Below, piece after piece: positions 28,035-37,234 of a stretch of 64,000 nucleotides of DNA; the first letter of the stretch is position 1, and every line of letters begins with the position of its first letter. The stretch comes from a virus, in IMG/VR virus record IMGVR_UViG_3300027586_000002, positions 32,001 through 96,000 of that record; one strand, 5' to 3'. A model generated the notes under the pieces. It saw only the letters and a program-made list of their open reading frames with translations, did no database searches and had not been told where the DNA came from. The position numbers and the translations under genes were made by a program.

Positions 28035-28808
28035 ATGCCAAAAACAGAAAAAACGCCGGAAAGAAGAATTGATTTAACCGAAACAGTTAGTCGCCAGACA
28101 AATAAAAAATTGGCATTAGTAAGTCACATTCTTATCATTGATGAGAGTGGCTCAATGCAGTCTTGTGTAAAGGCAACCATTGAAGGTATTAATACTCAGA
28201 TAGCTACAATAAAAGAATCTGAAGCCACAGCTAAGATAGAAAATCTTATAACTTTAGTTGTATTTAATGACCAGCATCAATTTGTAGCCAAGGGAGTTTC
28301 ACCTGATGATGTGGAAACCTTGACCGCTGAGAAGTATAAGCCTACAGGCAATACGGCACTGTACGACACGATAGTCTCGGTCATTAAAAGCACAGAAGCA
28401 GACATCACCGCTGGCTCTAAAGTATTACTAAGTATTTTTACTGATGGGATGAATAACATATGTAAGAAGTATACCGCTTCTGATGCCGCTCGAGAAATAG
28501 AACGGGTACAACAAGTTGGATGGACTGTTACCTATGTAGGTGCAAATCAAGATGTGGGTGATGTCGCTTCGTCTCTTAATATACCATTGGGTAATGCTAT
28601 GTCCTATACTTCAACCAATGAAGGAGCTACGAGGGCCTTTGCTGCCTACGCCCGGAGCAGTACATCATATTGTATGGCTATTTCTGCTGACCAGCTAGAC
28701 CAAACTAGAGGAGTTAGCCGAAGCTTTTTCTCAAAAGAAGCCAAAGTTAAAGATGTATCAAGTACTACATCACTTCCTGATCTGCTTAAAAAGTCAGCGA
28801 TCAAATAA
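28035..28808 (+). CDS. von Willebrand factor A (vWA) domain protein
   Basis: MIDAS DESGSM, TALYD, FTDG. Confidence 0.85.
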   Translation: MPKTEKTPERRIDLTETVSRQTNKKLALVSHILIIDESGSMQSCVKATIEGINTQIATIKESEATAKIENLITLVVFNDQHQFVAKGVSPDDVETLTAEKYKPTGNTALYDTIVSVIKSTEADITAGSKVLLSIFTDGMNNICKKYTASDAAREIERVQQVGWTVTYVGANQDVGDVASSLNIPLGNAMSYTSTNEGATRAFAAYARSSTSYCMAISADQLDQTRGVSRSFFSKEAKVKDVSSTTSLPDLLKKSAIK

Positions 28809-28846
28809 GGCTTGATTTTAGCCTATATTTTAGGTTAAATAGTTAT

Positions 28847-29065
28847 ATGAATAAAGACGCGATCGTAAATGGATTTGTTAAAAGAGCAGCTGAACGCTGT
28901 GATGGTTTTCAGTTTAAACATGAGACCGCTGCCGAAATTATAAAGCAAGCTGGCTGGTGGGATAAGATGTCTAACCAAGGCTGTGTTACCAACAAGGTAG
29001 ACAAGAAATCTAATCGCAAACCTTTCAAGAACAGTTACTACGACAGCGCTAACAAGAATCTATAA
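28847..29065 (+). CDS. small protein carrying the 'MNKDAIVNGFVKRAA' tag
   Basis: Same N-terminal motif as 54.5-64 kb array; TTGATT-N17-TTAAAT promoter just upstream. Confidence 0.6.
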   Translation: MNKDAIVNGFVKRAAERCDGFQFKHETAAEIIKQAGWWDKMSNQGCVTNKVDKKSNRKPFKNSYYDSANKNL

Positions 29066-29105
29066 TTATTGATTGGCTAATATTAATCAAAGGTTATAGT
29101 CCAAC

Positions 29106-29198
29106 ATGAAGTATACATTAAATAAACAATCCCGCCGCCCAGCCAAATGGGCAGGGCTGGGTTTTGATGTATCAGGTAGAAATTCAGCACCTATGTAA
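29106..29198 (+). CDS. putative leader peptide MKYTLNKQSRRPAKWAGLGFDVSGRNSAPM
   Basis: 30-codon ORF 5 nt after a TATAGT -10 box, stop abuts antiterminator arm. Confidence 0.65.
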   Translation: MKYTLNKQSRRPAKWAGLGFDVSGRNSAPM

Positions 29199-29262
29199 AG
29201 CAGGATTAAATATAACTAAAAATTTAACCCTGCTGGAAACCTCCAGCGGGGTTTTGGATTTT
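29199..29262 (+). promoter_or_regulatory. attenuator: overlapping antiterminator and terminator
   Basis: AGCAGGATTAAAT(29199-29211)/ATTTAACCCTGCT(29222-29234) versus AACCCTGCTGGA-AACC-TCCAGCGGGGTT+TTGGATTTT(29226-29262). Confidence 0.7.
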
Positions 29263-29369
29263 AGGAGGAGCTTAATTTCCTCATACTGCTTTCATTAAAT
29301 TTAGTTTGAATCAAATAACTTTAATTATATTTATATAGTTAAAATCAACACATTAATCAAGGTTCAACC

Positions 29370-29442
29370 GCGCCATTAGCTCAGTTGGTAGAGCGTCAGT
29401 TTTCCAAACTGATTGTCGTGAGTTCAAATCTCACATGGCGCT
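29370..29442 (+). tRNA. tRNA-Gly(TCC)
   Basis: GCGCCAT/ATGGCGC acceptor, TCAGT-TTTCCAA-ACTGA, TTCAAAT T loop. Confidence 0.95.
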
Positions 29443-29449
29443 CCCTTTT

Positions 29450-29785
29450 ATGCAATCAATACATGACCTATCAGAAACTCAGTTAGAAGCAATTAATGCC
29501 TCATTTGATATTATAATCAATGTGGGTGTTAATAGGCTACATGATCTCAGTCCAAAAATGTCTGAAACAAATCGAGAACAAATGGAAGCTGTTAATGTTG
29601 ATGTGACCAAAGTTATTACCAAGGTCGAGAAAACACTTTCGGATGGTGGCAATCTAGGTAAAACTTCAATAGAAGATATTCTAAAGATCATTACCCTGGC
29701 TATTACTATTCTTGGAATAGCGCTGGGCGAAAATGATGATGACGTTGTAAAACTACGTAAGTTAAACAAAGAAATTAACGGATAA
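29450..29785 (+). CDS. hypothetical protein
   Basis: First ATG after tRNA-Gly. Confidence 0.6.
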   Translation: MQSIHDLSETQLEAINASFDIIINVGVNRLHDLSPKMSETNREQMEAVNVDVTKVITKVEKTLSDGGNLGKTSIEDILKIITLAITILGIALGENDDDVVKLRKLNKEING

Positions 29786-29824
29786 CTAGGCGTACCAGTT
29801 TGACTCCGCCTGCCCCAACCTTTT

Positions 29825-30115
29825 ATGAATGAAGAACAACAAGAAGCATTAGCCTCTGCTATGACACAAGCCCAGGCTGCCATGGAAGTGTTGAGTGCTA
29901 GACTAATTCTTATTTCAAAGAAAAAAATGAAAGCTATCGACAAAAACTTTCTAATTAGTGGCATTCAAGAAGAAAAAAAGACCCTGCTTGACTCAAAAGT
30001 AAAACCATCACAAAAGACAGTGCTAACTCTTATGTACAAAATGGCCCTGCTGGCTTTTGGAGCAAAAGACAAAGATGTAATAGCTTTCAAATTGGCGATA
30101 GCTAATTTGCCTTAA
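29825..30115 (+). CDS. hypothetical protein
   Basis: ORF track. Confidence 0.55.
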   Translation: MNEEQQEALASAMTQAQAAMEVLSARLILISKKKMKAIDKNFLISGIQEEKKTLLDSKVKPSQKTVLTLMYKMALLAFGAKDKDVIAFKLAIANLP

Positions 30116-30175
30116 AGTAATAAAAATAATTTGGTTCCTATATGCGCTAATTGTCACATAGGTTATTATCATCAC

Positions 30176-30251
30176 GGGGGCTGGGACTGCCTGGCGTGGT
30201 CATCTCATTTGCAATGAGAAAGTCAGACCGGTTCAACTCCGGTAGCCTCCA
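30176..30251 (+). tRNA. tRNA-Ala(TGC)
   Basis: GGGGGCT/AGCCTCC with G3:U70, TCTCA-TTTGCAA-TGAGA. Confidence 0.9.
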
Positions 30252-30272
30252 ATCCTATTTAGAAGCAATTTT

Positions 30273-30500
30273 ATGACAGAAACAACAGAACTGCCGGCGA
30301 TCGAGTTTGTAATCAAACTCAATAATCCTGAATACAAACGTGAAGCTGATGAGCTTTACAAGTCTATTCAGGAACTTATATCAAGTGATACTTCAAAGAA
30401 AGCCTCCGAGCTAGACCCTAATCTATCTTTCAGAGTAGTGTTGATTGAACATGATGGTAGTGTGGAAAGCATGGAGCCTGTACGATACATTCAACTCTAA
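30273..30500 (+). CDS. hypothetical protein ending PVRYIQL
   Basis: ORF track; hairpin follows. Confidence 0.55.
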   Translation: MTETTELPAIEFVIKLNNPEYKREADELYKSIQELISSDTSKKASELDPNLSFRVVLIEHDGSVESMEPVRYIQL

Positions 30501-30580
30501 GTTTAGATTATTGTGCTTGCTGCCTTTAGTTCGACATAATTATAAGGCAGCAAGCCGACATATAACAACAAACATTTCAC

Positions 30581-31078
30581 ATGAATATTATAATAAAACC
30601 ACTAAAAAAGAGACATAAACCAGTATTCAATACAATAAAAGAACTGCTTAGCTTTAAAGAAACCACAACATTTACAGAAATAGGAAGAATAGCAAAAATT
30701 AACAGTCTGGAGGTAATTCAGGTATGTAATAAGAATTCCGGTATGTTACATAAATATAACAATGGCAGTATAACCGGATTTTCTAGTGCGCCTATTACTG
30801 ATCTAAAGTTTAAGCTAGGCAAGACATTTAGATCTAATAAAATAGTTATTTCAAACGATGGGTTAAAAGCGGAGCTATTATTCTCAGGTCATGACGAGTT
30901 AAAAGCCACTTATAATTTTTCAACCTCTTTTAAATTGCACCAATATGACCCTTGGGCTAAAAAAGTTGTCATACCTGATACTGCAACGATTAGAACAGTT
31001 TTATCAGGTCATGGTATACAGGATGAGGTTGAGGTTGTTAAAGATCTTGATCTAGAACTTTATTGGGACGAAAAATGA
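30581..31078 (+). CDS. hypothetical protein
   Basis: ORF track. Confidence 0.55.
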   Translation: MNIIIKPLKKRHKPVFNTIKELLSFKETTTFTEIGRIAKINSLEVIQVCNKNSGMLHKYNNGSITGFSSAPITDLKFKLGKTFRSNKIVISNDGLKAELLFSGHDELKATYNFSTSFKLHQYDPWAKKVVIPDTATIRTVLSGHGIQDEVEVVKDLDLELYWDEK

Positions 31079-31119
31079 TAACTACATTACCCAGCCAAAA
31101 ATAGGATTAAATAAACTAC

Positions 31120-31422
31120 GTGATGAGAGTTAAAATAACAAAATTTGCAATATCAGACGAAACAGATGCACTTCCTCCTGCAGATAGGGATTCACATATA
31201 CCAGGGCGGGAACAAGCCGATAACTTAAGCCTTCCTATTGAGTATTGGATTGAGGGTCAAGCTGAGGAGCTGCCATGTGTAGGTCGCTGGTTTGTAATAA
31301 ACAGAGAAGTAAGGAATGGTGTTGTCACCCCAGGACTGTTTACTTCTTCTCCAATCGTCAAGATCAGTGGAGATATTTATGAGACAAGAAACTCTAAATA
31401 TCGAGTAGAACTTTTAAGTTAA
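31120..31422 (+). CDS. hypothetical phage protein
   Basis: ORF track; ends TRNSKY.VE. Confidence 0.6.
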   Translation: MMRVKITKFAISDETDALPPADRDSHIPGREQADNLSLPIEYWIEGQAEELPCVGRWFVINREVRNGVVTPGLFTSSPIVKISGDIYETRNSKYRVELLS

Positions 31423-31423
31423 T

Positions 31424-31501
31424 GCACCTGTAGCTCAGCCTGGTTAGAGCAGCGCCCTTTTAAGGCGTTTGTCGCGCGTTCAACTCGCGCCAGGTGCACC
31501 A
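31424..31501 (+). tRNA. tRNA-Lys(TTT)
   Basis: GCACCTG/CAGGTGC, GCGCC-CTTTTAA-GGCGT, encoded CCA. Confidence 0.95.
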
Positions 31502-31569
31502 CTTTATAAAAATTAATATGATAAAGTGTTAACAACCTTTCTAATTTAAGTAAACAACAATAACCCATA

Positions 31570-31758
31570 ATGGTTGACCAAAATATAATTCAACAACTCC
31601 GTGTGGTACTGCACAAGGCTACAGACATTTCAGTAGTATCGTCTGTAGAAGGTGACAATTTAAAATATGATATAAAGATAACTATACCTATGGAAGTAAA
31701 CAACATAGGCGCAGACGTTGGTCTAGTACTAAAGCCAGAGCGGCGAATTTCGATATGA
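31570..31758 (+). CDS. small protein ending KPERRISI
   Basis: Overlaps next ATG (ATGA). Confidence 0.55.
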   Translation: MVDQNIIQQLRVVLHKATDISVVSSVEGDNLKYDIKITIPMEVNNIGADVGLVLKPERRISI

Positions 31759-31973
31759 AGACAATCATACATGTTAACCAACATGTTATTAAGAAAAATC
31801 AAAAGACTGGCGAAAGAAATCCTGTGTTAACTGTTAAGACCTATAAGTCTAATTTTAAAGCTAATATGGTGAAGATCAAAGGTCCTTGTAAAGTTGTCTA
31901 TAGCCCAAATAAGCCACTTTCATGTGGAGCAAGGGTCTGGATAGAGACAATAGGAGAAGTAAAGTTAAATTGA
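31755..31973 (+). CDS. conserved-looking small phage protein
   Basis: IHVNQH.I..N...P..TVK...CGARVWIET. Confidence 0.65.
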   Translation: MKTIIHVNQHVIKKNQKTGERNPVLTVKTYKSNFKANMVKIKGPCKVVYSPNKPLSCGARVWIETIGEVKLN

Positions 31974-31986
31974 AAACTAGTGAACT

Positions 31987-32319
31987 ATGACAAAACAGCT
32001 ACAACTGAACTTGGTTAAGGGAATCATGCAAAACTACCCCGAGTCTGGGGCCGGTGCGGTGCTTCAATGCATAGATTGGAAGTACAGCCAGAGCGTCTAT
32101 GAATTTGAGGACGGCGATGAGGGCAAGTTGTACACCTTGACGGAAATGGAGCTTCTGGCCGCAGTGCCGATCATGTTCATGAATTGGCCGAAAGGTTGTA
32201 CGCCGCTGCCTGTGACTTTTACCGAGGAGAGCGTCGAAGAGTGGTGTTGTCAGGCGGACGCTAACGACCACGATGCGTTCGTTCAAATCGCGGTCTTTGG
32301 GGAGGTTATTTATGGCTGA
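31987..32319 (+). CDS. GC-richer hypothetical protein
   Basis: Ends D..D.FVQIAVFGEVIYG. Confidence 0.65.
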   Translation: MTKQLQLNLVKGIMQNYPESGAGAVLQCIDWKYSQSVYEFEDGDEGKLYTLTEMELLAAVPIMFMNWPKGCTPLPVTFTEESVEEWCCQADANDHDAFVQIAVFGEVIYG

Positions 32320-32348
32320 ATTTCGTGAACTAACTATTTAATCATAAC

Positions 32349-32840
32349 ATGAGGATAATAGGAAAACATCAGAATAAGAAGAAACCTTTAGCTAAGTTTG
32401 CCGATAAAAAAGGGCAACCATTGGTCGTCTTATGTCAAATGGTTTCCGTGGACCAGAAGGAAAGGAGAAGCTTCAAGACTTTTGTAGATACCAAGCTGTC
32501 CGGGGATTACGCTAAAGGTGGAAAAGCATATGCGAAATTGAAGAATAGGCCAACCAATGACATTTTTGGGGAAAAGACAAAGCTCCAGAAGTTTGTGAAG
32601 ATGCATTTTGATTTCACGAAGTTTAGTGATACAGATTGGGAAAACTACTGGCTTCTGACTCAGCACTGTGATTTCAATAGACAGTTCCAGAAGGCAGCTC
32701 TGAAGGTAATAACAAAGTTCAGACCTGACTCAGACGAGATGAAGTTTCTCACCGACAGGATCTCCTGTAGCTTGAGTGGAACACAGAAATTCGGCACGCA
32801 AAACATCTGCGAAAAAGATGATGTAGATGTAACTAGATAA
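32349..32840 (+). CDS. DUF6624-like protein
   Basis: WLLTQHCD...FQ...L...LTDRI.....QKFGTQ. Confidence 0.6.
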   Translation: MRIIGKHQNKKKPLAKFADKKGQPLVVLCQMVSVDQKERRSFKTFVDTKLSGDYAKGGKAYAKLKNRPTNDIFGEKTKLQKFVKMHFDFTKFSDTDWENYWLLTQHCDFNRQFQKAALKVITKFRPDSDEMKFLTDRISCSLSGTQKFGTQNICEKDDVDVTR

Positions 32841-32842
32841 AT

Positions 32843-33376
32843 ATGAACATCTTTTACTTAGAGCACGATGTCAAAAACTGTGCAAAGATGCACGTAGATA
32901 AACATTGTGTAAAAATGATATTGGAATATGCACAATTGTTGAGCACGGCTCACAGAGTACTTGACGGTATTCCATTAGTTGGAGTTAGCCAAACTGGCAG
33001 GAAACAAACTCAGTATGTTCTTCCTGATAATCGGGAATCTGACTTGTATTCTGCAACACATATCAACCATCCTTCCGGTGTGTGGGTGAGACAAAGTTGT
33101 GCTAACTATGATTGGTTATTCAAAATGTTTGTTGCTCTAATGGATGAGTACACATATCGCTACGGTAAAGTTCACGCTACCAGCAGATTGACAGAACATT
33201 TGAGGTCCAGGCCAAAAAATATACCGGACGGTTCTTTTACTGAACCCACACCCGCCATGCCCGAACAATACAAAGTATTCGGTGATTCAATCAAATCGTA
33301 TAGAAATTATTATTTAGGTGATAAAAGACGGATGTTTTCTTGGAAACTCCGGGAAGTTCCGCCTTGGTGCCTCTAG
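32843..33376 (+). CDS. pyrimidine-dimer DNA glycosylase-like protein
   Basis: MNIFYL...HVDKHCVKMILEYAQLLSTAH...THINHP...YR.YY. Confidence 0.75.
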   Translation: MNIFYLEHDVKNCAKMHVDKHCVKMILEYAQLLSTAHRVLDGIPLVGVSQTGRKQTQYVLPDNRESDLYSATHINHPSGVWVRQSCANYDWLFKMFVALMDEYTYRYGKVHATSRLTEHLRSRPKNIPDGSFTEPTPAMPEQYKVFGDSIKSYRNYYLGDKRRMFSWKLREVPPWCL

Positions 33377-33482
33377 GAAGTTAGGTTATATCTGCGTAAT
33401 AGGAAATATGGGAGTAGAATATATAATAATTTCTAGTGTGGTAGATAAGCTTTAAATAATGGAAGGAGTATAGTGTATACCT

Positions 33483-34469
33483 ATGGAAGAAGAAATTGCT
33501 TTAAGCTATGACGATGTGTTGCTGATACCAAAGTATTCAGAACTAGAAAGTAGAGCCAAGGCCATCACTGAAGTCGGTCTGTGTGGTTCTAAGTTTAAAC
33601 TACCAATTGTGCCCGCTAATATGAAGTCGGTCATTGATATAAAGACAGCCAAGTGGTTGTCACAGAATGGGTACTTTTATATATATCACAGATACGATAA
33701 GACTAATTTTGAGTTTGTTAAGAATGCAATAGCTGAGAAATGGGAGCTTATAAGCATCAGTACTGGGGTTAACGAAGACAGTGAGATAGACCTTAGGCTT
33801 ATTGCTAACGCTGATGAAAACTTATATGTTGATTTCATAACAATAGATGTGGCTCACGGGCACCATCTAAAGGTTAAGAATCGAATAAAGCTCATCAAGG
33901 AGCTGTTCCCTGAAACAAAGGTCATAGCGGGCAACGTAGCAACACCAGAGGCCATCAGGGACTTAGCCGCGTGGGGAGCGGATGCGGTGAAAGTGGGCAT
34001 TGGACAAGGGTCTATTTGTACAACAAGGTTTCAAACAGGATTTAGTGTTCCTATGTTTACCTGTGTTGCTTCATGTTGTGACGACTTTTTTATCGAAAAT
34101 AGTCATGATATAATTCAACAGACAATCATACCTATAATTGCTGACGGTGGAGTCAAGTATATAGGAGATATTGCTAAAGCTCTTGCCGCTGGTGCTACTA
34201 TGGTAATGTCTGGGGCTTTGTTTGCCAATTGTATAGATTCGCCCGCAGAAATAATAAACGGCAAGAAACAATACTTTGGCTCAACCTCATTTGAGGCCAA
34301 GAAAGAAAACAAACATATTGAAGGCCGTCTCTTACAAATAGAGACTGGCTGTACAATAGAACAACGACTCATTGAAATACAGCAGGCACTACAAAGCTCA
34401 ATTAGCTATGCTGGTGGAATAGACCTGACTTGTTTTAGAGACGTTGGGCATGTAATTATAAACAAGTAA
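33483..34469 (+). CDS. guaC: GMP reductase (IMPDH/GMPR family, no CBS domains)
   Basis: [43 protein letters not shown]. Confidence 0.9.
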   Translation: MEEEIALSYDDVLLIPKYSELESRAKAITEVGLCGSKFKLPIVPANMKSVIDIKTAKWLSQNGYFYIYHRYDKTNFEFVKNAIAEKWELISISTGVNEDSEIDLRLIANADENLYVDFITIDVAHGHHLKVKNRIKLIKELFPETKVIAGNVATPEAIRDLAAWGADAVKVGIGQGSICTTRFQTGFSVPMFTCVASCCDDFFIENSHDIIQQTIIPIIADGGVKYIGDIAKALAAGATMVMSGALFANCIDSPAEIINGKKQYFGSTSFEAKKENKHIEGRLLQIETGCTIEQRLIEIQQALQSSISYAGGIDLTCFRDVGHVIINK

Positions 34470-34475
34470 GTTAAT

Positions 34476-34537
34476 GGCACTCCTATGAGTTAGGGACGGA
34501 TAATAGCCCGTTGATGAGTTCGAATCTGTCAGTGCCT
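34476..34537 (+). ncRNA. minimal/degenerate tRNA-like element
   Basis: GGCACT/AGTGCC closing stem, two small hairpins, TTCGAAT T loop. Confidence 0.4.
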
Positions 34538-34547
34538 CTTTTACAAT

Positions 34548-34952
34548 ATGATAATAGAATGTGGAGGACACAAATGGTACCCAACTAAAGGAGTCATTAA
34601 GTATAATCTAGATGGCTCTGTATTTGTCCACGCCGATAACTCTATTGTCGAGTATTATCAAGCCGTGGTAAAGATGCACCTACACCTGAAGTTAAACCCC
34701 CCGTTTAGTGGGGCACACATTACTGTTGTTTCTTCTAAGTGGGAGAATTCCGTAAAACACTCATCATACTGGAAAAAACGTGAAAGTGAAGAAATCATCT
34801 TCTATTACACTTCAACTATTTTCAGATCTCAGAGCTATTTTTGGTTAACTGTTCATTCACATGACATGATCAATCTTAGGACTGAGCTTGGGCTTGGAGA
34901 GAGGTATCATCCTTTACATTTAACAATAGGTAATATAAGATTTTCAAAATAA
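34548..34952 (+). CDS. 2H phosphoesterase-family protein
   Basis: Two HxT motifs: AHITV and LHLTI. Confidence 0.65.
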   Translation: MIIECGGHKWYPTKGVIKYNLDGSVFVHADNSIVEYYQAVVKMHLHLKLNPPFSGAHITVVSSKWENSVKHSSYWKKRESEEIIFYYTSTIFRSQSYFWLTVHSHDMINLRTELGLGERYHPLHLTIGNIRFSK

Positions 34953-34983
34953 CTATGAAAATTGAAAAGATAATTTAAATAAT

Positions 34984-35403
34984 ATGTCGTTTATAAGACC
35001 AACAAGTAGCCCTGACGGGCTTTACATATACCACAGCATTGAAAACACCGTGTCGGTGCATGCTAGGGATGTATATGTAAAAGGCAAAAAGAAGAAGTCA
35101 GAATTTCCTGACATAAAGTATAAACAGTTCTTGAAGCTGTGCCAGAAGTGTAAGAAGGCTAATAGCTATCTAAGAACGCCGATTACTGTGGGGGAATTAT
35201 CTCTTGAAGCAGTGGAGATAAATAAGCGTGACATGCCTGGCTTCGGCAAGTATGGTGTTGATACACAGATGTACATGTGTGACCATCGTATAAAGCTAAG
35301 CAATGGAACACATAGCATACTAATGTATTGTGTTACCTGGGCCTACATCATGAATAATGTTTTAAGTTCTGAAGATTTTTACAGAGAAAAGAAGAAAAAA
35401 TAA
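34984..35403 (+). CDS. hypothetical protein
   Basis: ORF track. Confidence 0.55.
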   Translation: MSFIRPTSSPDGLYIYHSIENTVSVHARDVYVKGKKKKSEFPDIKYKQFLKLCQKCKKANSYLRTPITVGELSLEAVEINKRDMPGFGKYGVDTQMYMCDHRIKLSNGTHSILMYCVTWAYIMNNVLSSEDFYREKKKK

Positions 35404-35408
35404 TTTAA

Positions 35409-35493
35409 CGGAATGTAGACCGTAACTTGGTACCGGGTACGATTTGGGGTCGTATGCTTAACCGCCGTGCAGGTTCAAATCCTGTCATTCCGA
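35409..35493 (+). tRNA. tRNA-Pro(TGG) with long variable region
   Basis: CGGAATG/CATTCCG-A, TACGA-TTTGGGG-TCGTA, 14-nt variable region. Confidence 0.85.
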
Positions 35494-35537
35494 AATTTAT
35501 GTTGACTTAACCGATAAAATTTCATAGCGTAACAGCT

Positions 35538-36956
35538 ATGAATAAAAAATTATCGGTTAAACAACTAGATCAAATATTAAGTAGCAGTAAGACAGAGTAT
35601 ACAGCCAACGTTAAAGCCGCTAATTTTCTGGCTGATCTGTGTAAAAAGTACAATGCTCACGATAATGGCAAATCTCGTGAAGTATTAAGACTGTATCTAA
35701 GTAAGTATAAGCTAGATACTTCTCATTGGTACAATCGACCAAGCAAGTATACAAATGTAGAAAAGATTTGTCCTGTATGCGAAACTAAGTTTACAACACA
35801 GCTTAATCACAAAAACGAGAAGACTGTATGCTCTGTAGGATGCGCAAACACTTATTTCCCTAGACATACTGAAGAAAGTCGCAAGAAGATAAGTGACGCG
35901 CTATTACATAATGCTGCTGTGCTTGGGAGAAAAGCTGAGCATGTAATATTATGTAAAGAATGTGGTAATCCTAAGATAACAAAGCGAAAGCATCAAGCAT
36001 TTTGCTCTGTTATTTGTTCTAAATCATATAGAGAAAGAGACCCGGTTTATAGACAAAAACTTAGAGATATACAACTAAAGAGGATCAAAGATGGAACCCA
36101 TACTGGATGGAGATCTAGGAATAAACCATCTTATCCTGAAACCTTCTTTATGAAGGTTCTAGATAATAACAAGATTCCTTATGAATTTGAGAAACCGGTA
36201 GGCAAGTATTTTATAGATTTTGCTATTAATGATAAACAAATAGCTTTGGAGATTGACGGTAAACAACATCTATTACCAGATAGAGTTATTAAAGATAAGG
36301 AAAAAGATAAATATTTAACTGAACAAGGATGGTTGATGCATAGAATTCCTTGGACAAATATATCCTGTGATAAAGGTAAAGTTTATATTAGAAATGAAAT
36401 AAATAAGTTTGTAGCCCTATATAACAACAGTAGTAATAAATTTAACATGACCACAAATACAACAATAACGGAATTAACAAAACAAGAGTTGGTAGCATTA
36501 ATGTCAGAAGTGAAGGAACAGGTGCAGTCGCTGTCAGGAAAGCTAGATAAGAATGTAGCTATTACTGAGTCGATGGAGCAACAGCTGAAGCAAATCTTTA
36601 ATTCAAATAGAAGAGAAGCTGCTCCTGCCCACCTGATGGAGCTGCTTAAGGCTTCTGACACGCTAAAGCCTAAGTTAGCAGTTGATCAAAAGACAGGTAT
36701 TGGAATGACCAAGCCGTATTTTGTACAATTAATATCCAAAGACGGGCGCCTCGTCCTCGGAGCATCTCACGGCAAGCACGGTATTGAAGCAAAATTCTTC
36801 GAGGGTCGTGAAGGAGCTGAAGAATATTACGCTGGATTACCAAATAAAAATTGGATCAAACATGCAGTTGAAAAGCTAGGCTTTACTAAGAGCTTTGTTA
36901 AGCTAAGCAATAAGCAGCAATTGAAATACCCCACTAAGATCGTAAATAAGAAATAA
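35538..36956 (+). CDS. Zn-finger/DUF559 (Vsr-like) endonuclease fused in frame to a downstream hypothetical protein (internal ATG 36447)
   Basis: CPVC, CSVGC, CKEC, FCS..C; YFIDFAI...LEIDGKQH...D..L...GW..RI.W; TTGACT-N17-TAGCGT promoter. Confidence 0.75.
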   Translation: MNKKLSVKQLDQILSSSKTEYTANVKAANFLADLCKKYNAHDNGKSREVLRLYLSKYKLDTSHWYNRPSKYTNVEKICPVCETKFTTQLNHKNEKTVCSVGCANTYFPRHTEESRKKISDALLHNAAVLGRKAEHVILCKECGNPKITKRKHQAFCSVICSKSYRERDPVYRQKLRDIQLKRIKDGTHTGWRSRNKPSYPETFFMKVLDNNKIPYEFEKPVGKYFIDFAINDKQIALEIDGKQHLLPDRVIKDKEKDKYLTEQGWLMHRIPWTNISCDKGKVYIRNEINKFVALYNNSSNKFNMTTNTTITELTKQELVALMSEVKEQVQSLSGKLDKNVAITESMEQQLKQIFNSNRREAAPAHLMELLKASDTLKPKLAVDQKTGIGMTKPYFVQLISKDGRLVLGASHGKHGIEAKFFEGREGAEEYYAGLPNKNWIKHAVEKLGFTKSFVKLSNKQQLKYPTKIVNKK

Positions 36957-36965
36957 CATATTAAT

Positions 36966-37205
36966 ATGTTTGCTGATGAATGTAATCTAGACGGCGACAA
37001 GAACGCTCCTGGTCACGGAGAACAATGCTGCTGTAATTGCAGGTCATTAAAAATAGATCATTCTCATCCACTGTCAGATGGTAAGCCTTGTACTAACCTA
37101 CGAGGCTTCATCTGCACAGCTGATGGAGAACAAGCTTATTCAGGCTGGAGGCCACACGGTCTATGCGAATTGTGGTACCCTCGTGTTGAGGCCAAAGTTT
37201 CTTAA
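36966..37205 (+). CDS. small Cys-rich protein
   Basis: CCCNC...C...C...HGLCE. Confidence 0.55.
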   Translation: MFADECNLDGDKNAPGHGEQCCCNCRSLKIDHSHPLSDGKPCTNLRGFICTADGEQAYSGWRPHGLCELWYPRVEAKVS

Positions 37206-37234
37206 TTCGCAGAATTTTCCAAAAATAAAATAAT

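Noticed and set aside
34476-34537. tmRNA tRNA-like domain
   Set aside because: No G3:U70 Ala acceptor, no CCA, no tag reading frame or partner piece seen
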